Source of the DNA: Oceanospirillales bacterium
GTDB lineage: Bacteria; Pseudomonadota; Gammaproteobacteria; Pseudomonadales; Balneatricaceae
NCBI GenBank assembly: GCA_018223185.1
Contig: JAAEYW010000023.1
Location: 7,734-71,733 of the forward strand
Length of the DNA: 64,000 nt
Direction: 5' to 3'
Of the stretch, positions 58,523 through 64,000 are shown in pieces; within the stretch, counting starts at the first letter, position 1, and the number at the start of each line of letters is the position of its first letter. Made by a program: the position numbers and the translations under genes. Below the pieces are notes generated by a model. It made no database searches and was not told the DNA's origin. It was given only the letters and a program-made list of their open reading frames with translations.

Positions 58523-58978
58523 TCAGGAGAGGCGACGATCCCGTATAACAATGCCGTGGCTTTTACCGTTAGCGGCAGCATCTTCAAGTCCGGCGAGCTC
58601 ATCCGTGCTCAATACCCCGGGCCAGCTGATGACCGCATGGCAGGTACCGGCTTTAAGAGCTTGGCAGGCCAGTTGGTAAGTTGAGTGGCTCTGGTCAGGC
58701 TGCAGTAGCATAACCTTTCTGAGATCAATGCCTGCGGCCTCCAGTAAACTTTTTGGTAACGTCGCAGGTGGTGCAATCCAGGCGAACCACCGGTCGTCTT
58801 TACTTAATTGTGCAAGCAGCGGCAGTAGCATGGTCATTTCCCCAAAATCACTGCCCTGCAGAACTATTTCGGTAATCTTACCGGCAAGTCCTGATTGATG
58901 CGGTTGTGCTGCTGCCGGACGGACAAGTCCAGGCATAACGGGTTCTGAGCTGTTGAAACGGCTAACTGCGTGCAACAT
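58523..58978 (-). CDS. sulA: SOS cell-division inhibitor SulA
   Basis: Starts 2 nt after the lexA stop. DRWFAWIAPPATLPKSLLEAAGIDLRKVMLLQP resembles the SulA core. Confidence 0.75.
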   Translation of the reverse strand: MLHAVSRFNSSEPVMPGLVRPAAAQPHQSGLAGKITEIVLQGSDFGEMTMLLPLLAQLSKDDRWFAWIAPPATLPKSLLEAAGIDLRKVMLLQPDQSHSTYQLACQALKAGTCHAVISWPGVLSTDELAGLEDAAANGKSHGIVIRDRRLS

Positions 58979-58980
58979 AA

Positions 58981-59583
58981 TTAATGTCCTCTTCTGATAA
59001 CCCCGACACCGAGACCTTCAATCGATAGTTCCTGCGTTTGCAGGTCGACTACAATAGGCTCAAACTCTTCATTTTCTGCGATAAGGTAAACAAGATTCCC
59101 CTCGCGTTTAAATCGTTTAACGGTGACGTCGTTGTCGATGCGTGCTACCACGATTTCACCATTTTTGGCGCTTTTGCACTGGTGAACAGCGAGCAGGTCA
59201 CCATCCATTATGCCAACATTTTTCATGCTGGTGCCGCGAACCCTGAGCAGGTAGTCAGCCTGTGGGTGGAAAAAATCAGGCGCGATCGTAATCCGGTCTT
59301 CGACATTTTCCTGAGCCAGAATGGGCTCTCCGGCAGCAACCTGACCAACAACAGGCAGTCCGGTGTCGTCATCGAATCCCGGAATCCGGATACCCCGTGA
59401 GGTTCCTGGAATCATCTCAATAGCACCTTTTCGGGCAAGTGCTTTGAGGTGTTCTTCTGCAGCGTTAGCTGATTTGAACCCCAGTTCTTTGGCGATATCT
59501 GCACGGGTAGGCGGATAACCGGTGGTGCTGATGCATTTTTTTATGCATTCAAGTACATCTGTTTGGCGTTGTGTCAGTTTCAT
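58981..59583 (-). CDS. lexA: LexA repressor
   Basis: [14 protein letters not shown]..., cleavage site VAAGEP, catalytic GTSM...K ([11 protein letters not shown] ... VTVKRF). Confidence 0.95.
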   Translation of the reverse strand: MKLTQRQTDVLECIKKCISTTGYPPTRADIAKELGFKSANAAEEHLKALARKGAIEMIPGTSRGIRIPGFDDDTGLPVVGQVAAGEPILAQENVEDRITIAPDFFHPQADYLLRVRGTSMKNVGIMDGDLLAVHQCKSAKNGEIVVARIDNDVTVKRFKREGNLVYLIAENEEFEPIVVDLQTQELSIEGLGVGVIRRGH

Positions 59584-59591
59584 GATGAACT

Positions 59592-59607
59592 CTGTTTTTT
59601 TATCCAG
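59592..59607. promoter_or_regulatory. SOS (LexA) box, proximal: CTGG-N8-ACAG when read toward lexA
   Basis: Plus strand ctgtttttttatccag, 9 nt upstream of the lexA ATG, 3 nt from the next box. E. coli lexA has the same tandem layout. Confidence 0.6.
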
Positions 59608-59610
59608 TAG

Positions 59611-59626
59611 CTGTAACTATATACAG
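59611..59626. promoter_or_regulatory. SOS (LexA) box, consensus CTGT-N8-ACAG
   Basis: ctgtaactatatacag, embedded in tagCTGTaactatatACAGtat. Confidence 0.85.
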
Positions 59627-59650
59627 TATTTTGTTTTTGTAAACATTTTT

Positions 59651-59666
59651 CTGTCTATTTATCCAG
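59651..59666. promoter_or_regulatory. SOS (LexA) box variant CTGT-N8-CCAG, proximal to dinG
   Basis: ctgtctatttatccag, 14 nt upstream of ATG 59680. Confidence 0.55.
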
Positions 59667-59679
59667 TATTATTGCTAGA

Positions 59680-61833
59680 ATGTGCGTGGTTACAGTGTAT
59701 CAGGGCGGTCAGGTGCTTTCAGAAGAGATAAAAAAAGAGATACAGGGAGCGTACAGGCGGTTTCTGGAAAGCCGTCAGCTTAAACCCCGTCTGGGCCAGA
59801 AGCAGATGATTGCAGAGGTCGCCAAGGTGCTCGGGGCTATCCTTGAGGATGAGAAATCGCATCGCCTGGGTGAGCAGCATGTCAGCGTGATCGAAGCGGG
59901 TACCGGAACGGGTAAAACTATCGGTTATCTGCTGGCGGTTTTGCCAATTGCTAAAGCTAAGGGAAAGAAGGTTGTGCTTTCAACTGCAACCGTTGCGCTG
60001 CAGGAACAACTGCTGAATAAAGATCTTCCTGAGGTTGCTGAGCATGCTGGATTATCATTTAGCTTCGGGCTTGCTAAAGGGCGTGGTCGTTATTTCTGTA
60101 TCAGTAAAGCAGAGCAGCATCTTGATGCGCATGGTGCGACAGGTCAGCAAGCGCTGTATGAGGATGAACTGTCACTCCGGCTTGATAGTGATACGGTCGA
60201 GTTCTATAAAAGCCTGCTGAATGAATTTGCTTCAGGACGCTGGGATGGTGACAGGGATAACCTGGCCCGTGATATCAGTGATCAGGACTGGACTCCACTT
60301 ACCAGTGATCACCTTCAGTGCACTAATCGGCGATGCAGTAATTTTTCTGCCTGTAGTTTTTTTAAAGCGCGTAAAGATCTTGATCAGGCGGAGTGTGTTA
60401 TTGCTAACCATGATATCGTTCTGGCTGACCTTGCTTTGGGTGGTGGCGCGATTCTGCCGGATCCAGCTGAAACGATCTATATATTCGATGAGGGTCACCA
60501 TCTGTCTGATAAGGCCAGTGGTCACTTCTCTTTTAACCTGCGGCTGAAATCAACCGAACGCTGGCTTCAGGGGACGGTCAGGCAGCTGGATAAAATGCTT
60601 GAGCAAACCGGCAATCCCCAGCTTCTGTGTGATTATGTCCAGCATCAGCGAAAACCGGCAGAAGACTTACAGGTTGTTCTTAACAACTGGGCTGAGCTGA
60701 TTCGGCCAATGTTGATGGATGATTCGTTTAAACGCCCTAAAGAGCGCTTTCGTTATACCGGCGGGGTGGTTCCCGATGAGGTTAAACAGTTCGGTTTGCA
60801 GGTTGAGCATCTGGCTGCCCGCATGGCGGCAAAGATGGAGATGGTTCTGGATCTGCTCAAGGAGTCTCTCGATGGCGAGGGGGGGATTGACCGACAGGCA
60901 GCTGAAATCTGGTATCCCCGTGTGGGCATGATGGTTGCCAGATTGCAGAATATTACCGGTCTTGGCAGATCCATGGGGCATCCGGATGCAGAGAACAGCA
61001 CGCCGACAGCCCGCTGGCTCAGCCTGGTCGAAACAGCGCAGGGGTATGATTTCGAATGTAGTACTGCTCCGGTATCTGCTGCTGAGATGTTACGGATGAA
61101 CCTCTGGCAGCATTGTTACGCAGCGGTGGTGACCTCGGCTACACTCACGGCGCTGGGGCGTTTTGATCGTCTTCTGGCTGATCTTGGTTTGCCTGCGGAA
61201 ACCTCCTGTTTCAGTTTGTCCAGCCCGTTCGATCATTACAATGCAGCGGAACTCTATGTTCCGCCAATGAAAGTTGAGGCAAATGATGCAGAGCTCCATA
61301 CACAGGCTGTTGCCGATTACCTCAACGCCGAACTGAAGACAGATTCCGGTACTCTGGTGTTGTTCAGCTCATGGCGGCAAATGAGATCAGTGCTTGCCAG
61401 TCTCGACGAAAAGCTCAACAATAGGGTTCTGTCACAGGGTGATTTCAGTAAGAATGAGATTCTGAAGCGCCACAAGACTGAAATTGACGAGGGGCGGGGG
61501 AGCGTTATCTTCGGCCTCGCTTCTTTCACTGAAGGGGTCGACCTTCCCGGTGACTATCTCACCGAAGTTATTATTACCAAGATCCCTTTTAGTGTGCCGG
61601 ATGATCCGGTAGACGCTACCATGGCTGAGTGGATTGAACAGCATGGGGGCAACCCTTTTATGGAATGGTCAGTGCCGATGGCATCGGTCCGATTAACTCA
61701 GGCCGCTGGACGGCTGCTGCGAACCGAGCAGGACAGGGGAAGAATCGTACTGCTGGACCGGCGTGTTGTTACCCGGCGTTACGGCCGGCAACTGCTGGAC
61801 TCTCTGCCGCCATTCCGACGAAATATTAGCTAA
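59680..61833 (+). CDS. dinG: ATP-dependent DNA helicase DinG (XPD-like, Fe-S)
   Basis: Walker A EAGTGTGKT, DEGHHL box, Cys cluster (CISK..., LQCTNRRCSNFSACSFF). Start could instead be GTG 59713. Confidence 0.85.
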   Translation: MCVVTVYQGGQVLSEEIKKEIQGAYRRFLESRQLKPRLGQKQMIAEVAKVLGAILEDEKSHRLGEQHVSVIEAGTGTGKTIGYLLAVLPIAKAKGKKVVLSTATVALQEQLLNKDLPEVAEHAGLSFSFGLAKGRGRYFCISKAEQHLDAHGATGQQALYEDELSLRLDSDTVEFYKSLLNEFASGRWDGDRDNLARDISDQDWTPLTSDHLQCTNRRCSNFSACSFFKARKDLDQAECVIANHDIVLADLALGGGAILPDPAETIYIFDEGHHLSDKASGHFSFNLRLKSTERWLQGTVRQLDKMLEQTGNPQLLCDYVQHQRKPAEDLQVVLNNWAELIRPMLMDDSFKRPKERFRYTGGVVPDEVKQFGLQVEHLAARMAAKMEMVLDLLKESLDGEGGIDRQAAEIWYPRVGMMVARLQNITGLGRSMGHPDAENSTPTARWLSLVETAQGYDFECSTAPVSAAEMLRMNLWQHCYAAVVTSATLTALGRFDRLLADLGLPAETSCFSLSSPFDHYNAAELYVPPMKVEANDAELHTQAVADYLNAELKTDSGTLVLFSSWRQMRSVLASLDEKLNNRVLSQGDFSKNEILKRHKTEIDEGRGSVIFGLASFTEGVDLPGDYLTEVIITKIPFSVPDDPVDATMAEWIEQHGGNPFMEWSVPMASVRLTQAAGRLLRTEQDRGRIVLLDRRVVTRRYGRQLLDSLPPFRRNIS

Positions 61834-61862
61834 CCGTTCGCACACGCGGATAAGGTATAACT

Positions 61863-63278
61863 TTGTTAAAGAAACTATTCAAACGTTCAGACGATAGCGC
61901 GTCTCAGGAAAGTCAGACTACCGTTGCTACACCTGAGGTAGTGCAACAATCTGCCGTAACATCGGCAGGCAGTAATAATGACGCCGGCGAATCCGCCAGC
62001 TCCGGATCTTCAAAAACAGGCAGGGCAAGACCTCAAAAAACCATGTCTGAACAGTCAGCCCCTAAGCCTGTTAAGCCCTGGCGGCGCGAAGATTTTGCGG
62101 TAGAGCCTGTAGAAGGGAAAAAACGCTTCCACGACTTTGATCTTCCTGATGACGTTATGCATGCCATTGCCGACCTGAATTTCAAATATTGTTCTGACAT
62201 TCAGGCGGCAACCCTGGTCGAATCTCTCGAGGGGAGGGATATGATTGGTAAAGCACAGACCGGTACAGGTAAAACCGCAGCTTTCCTGATCAGTATCATC
62301 ACCGATCTGCTCGATTATCCGCTGGAGTCTAAACCGGCTAAAGGTGTGCCCCGGGCTCTGATTATCGCACCAACCCGGGAGCTGGCACTGCAGATCGCAT
62401 CCGATGCTGAAGAGCTTGGAAAGTATGGTGACATCGGAGTAGTTGCGCTGGTTGGCGGTATGGATTATGACAAGCAACGTAAGCAGCTGGCTGCCCGCCC
62501 CGTCGACATTCTGGTGGCCACACCGGGTCGCCTGATCGATTTTGTGCGTTCATCGGATGTCGATCTGGGTGATGTTGAGGTGTTGGTGCTGGATGAGGCT
62601 GACCGGATGCTGAGTATGGGATTTATTCCCGATGTCCGAACCATTATTCGTCATACGCCACGTAAAGGGGATCGTCAGACCCTGCTTTACAGTGCAACCT
62701 TTACCGATGATGTGATGAACCTTGCGCGTCAGTGGACCATTGATGCCAAGGTGATTGAGATCGCTCCGGAACAGAAAAGTACTGACTCGGTTGAGCAGCT
62801 GGTCTATCTGGTATCCCGTAAGGATAAATACAAGCTTCTGCGCAACTTCATGCAACTCAATCAGCTTGAACGGGTGATTGTGTTCGGTAATCGTCGTGAT
62901 GAAACCCGTCGTCTTGCGGAAAGGCTGCAGAAAGATGGTCTGAAAGCCTCATTGATGTCCGGTGAGATTACTCAGCAGAAGCGCGTTAAAACTCTGGAAG
63001 ATTTTCGCAGTGGTAAGATTAATATCCTGGTGGCCACTGATGTTGCCGGACGTGGTATCCATGTTGACGGGGTCAGTCATGTTATCAATTACGCACTGCC
63101 TGAAGACGCGGATGACTATGTACACCGTATTGGCCGGACAGGCCGGGCCGGGTCAACCGGCACATCGATCAGTTTTGCCACTGAAGACGATTCCTTCCTG
63201 TTACCCGAGATAGAGGAGGTTGCCGGGGTGAAGATGAAGTGTGTATACCCCGATCCGAATCTGCTTGAGCCTGTCTGA
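61863..63278 (+). CDS. rhlB: DEAD-box ATP-dependent RNA helicase (RhlB-like) with a low-complexity N-terminal extension
   Basis: [28 protein letters not shown] start 6 nt after AAGG. N-terminal boundary is uncertain (alternative ATG near 62044). Confidence 0.8.
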   Translation: MLKKLFKRSDDSASQESQTTVATPEVVQQSAVTSAGSNNDAGESASSGSSKTGRARPQKTMSEQSAPKPVKPWRREDFAVEPVEGKKRFHDFDLPDDVMHAIADLNFKYCSDIQAATLVESLEGRDMIGKAQTGTGKTAAFLISIITDLLDYPLESKPAKGVPRALIIAPTRELALQIASDAEELGKYGDIGVVALVGGMDYDKQRKQLAARPVDILVATPGRLIDFVRSSDVDLGDVEVLVLDEADRMLSMGFIPDVRTIIRHTPRKGDRQTLLYSATFTDDVMNLARQWTIDAKVIEIAPEQKSTDSVEQLVYLVSRKDKYKLLRNFMQLNQLERVIVFGNRRDETRRLAERLQKDGLKASLMSGEITQQKRVKTLEDFRSGKINILVATDVAGRGIHVDGVSHVINYALPEDADDYVHRIGRTGRAGSTGTSISFATEDDSFLLPEIEEVAGVKMKCVYPDPNLLEPV

Positions 63279-63296
63279 AGGCTGCAATGGTAACTG

Positions 63297-64000
63297 ATGA
63301 TGAAATGGTCTGGGCTGGATCAGCTGCAACTCGGTAACCGGTTTGCGGAGTTACCGGAGCTATTTTACAGTCTGGTTCAGCCTCAACCGCTGAAAACCCC
63401 CCATCTGGTTGCTTTCAGTACGGATGCTGCGGCACTGATCGGCCTTGATCCCTGTCAGGTCTCATCTCAACAGTTAAGTGAATACTTCGGGGGGCTGCGG
63501 TTGCTCAAGGGCAGTAATCCGTTAGCAACAGTGTATTCAGGGCATCAGTTTGGCGGATATACCGCTCAGCTGGGTGATGGCCGGGCGCTTTTGCTTGGTG
63601 ATCTTGATGGTAGTGATGGTCAGCGCTGGGAGCTGCAACTGAAGGGTAGTGGCAAGACGCCCTATTCACGGCATGGTGACGGTCGTGCTGCGCTTCGTTC
63701 TGTCATTCGCGAATATCTCGGTAGTGAAGCACTGGCCGCGCTGGGTGTGCCGACAACCCGGGCGTTATGCATTATTGGCAGTGAAACCCAGATCTGTCGT
63801 GAGTCGATAGAGTCTGGTGCTTCTATGGTGCGGCTGAGTCCAAGCCATATACGTTTTGGCCATTTTGAATATTTCTACTATACCCGTCGTCCTGAACAGC
63901 TAAAGCAGTTGGCGGACTTTGTTATCCGCCATCATTACCCTCATTGCTCAGCAGAGGCCAATCCTTGTCTTGCGATGTATTCTGAGGTGGTTGAACGGAC
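63297..64000 (+). CDS. selO: protein adenylyltransferase SelO/YdiU (5' part; runs off the window)
   Basis: Open frame from ATG 63297 to the window end. SGHQFGGYTAQLGDGRALLLG and ELQLKGSGKTPYSR motifs. Not in the ORF track because it has no stop codon in the window. Confidence 0.8.
   Translation, partial: MMKWSGLDQLQLGNRFAELPELFYSLVQPQPLKTPHLVAFSTDAAALIGLDPCQVSSQQLSEYFGGLRLLKGSNPLATVYSGHQFGGYTAQLGDGRALLLGDLDGSDGQRWELQLKGSGKTPYSRHGDGRAALRSVIREYLGSEALAALGVPTTRALCIIGSETQICRESIESGASMVRLSPSHIRFGHFEYFYYTRRPEQLKQLADFVIRHHYPHCSAEANPCLAMYSEVVER

Noticed and set aside
1-64000. A window-wide look for mobile elements, prophage remnants, defence islands, toxin-antitoxin pairs, tRNA/tmRNA integration sites, and abrupt compositional shifts.
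   Set aside because: I recognised no integrase, transposase, recombinase, reverse transcriptase, nuclease-NTPase defence architecture, direct-repeat-flanked insert or tRNA-like sequence. Composition looks uniform apart from normal AT-rich promoters. The region appears to be syntenic core genome.

Overview
This 64-kb window looks like ordinary core chromosome of a mid-GC, probably marine gammaproteobacterium. By eye, the gene order fnr/anr-apt, hemN, ccoNOQP-ccoGHIS and lexA-sulA...topA matches what I recall for Pseudomonadales/Oceanospirillales. I call about 59 tightly packed protein genes. I found no rRNA, tRNA, CRISPR array, transposase, integrase, phage, reverse transcriptase or recognisable defence or toxin-antitoxin gene. 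Main themes: (1) microaerobic respiration, with the cbb3 oxidase genes ccoNOQP, assembly genes ccoGHIS plus a TauE-like gene, hemN and fnr, and perfect FNR boxes; (2) c-di-GMP signalling, with a PilZ-like fragment, two GGDEF cyclases and a LapD/LapG pair that has no adhesin gene nearby; (3) an SOS/topology node, topA, two conserved unknowns, sulA-lexA, divergent dinG, and three SOS boxes; (4) housekeeping genes (pat, xthA, gor, queE, rdgC, apt, rlmM, tusA, slt, tatD, uup, rhlB-like, selO). The best candidate for something undescribed is a small ArsR-family repressor with the two-cysteine layout of the SqrR/BigR/YgaV persulfide sensors. Instead of the usual sulfide-oxidation genes, it sits divergent to a three-gene envelope module: an MMPL/RND exporter, a periplasmic LolA-like protein and an outer-membrane beta-barrel. 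The same 20-bp palindrome, overlapping a -10 hexamer, recurs 7 kb away in front of a tandem-DUF2892 membrane gene, which suggests a small shared regulon. All family assignments come from motifs read by eye and no searches were run. Several ORF-track starts were moved to internal start codons that have ribosome-binding sites.
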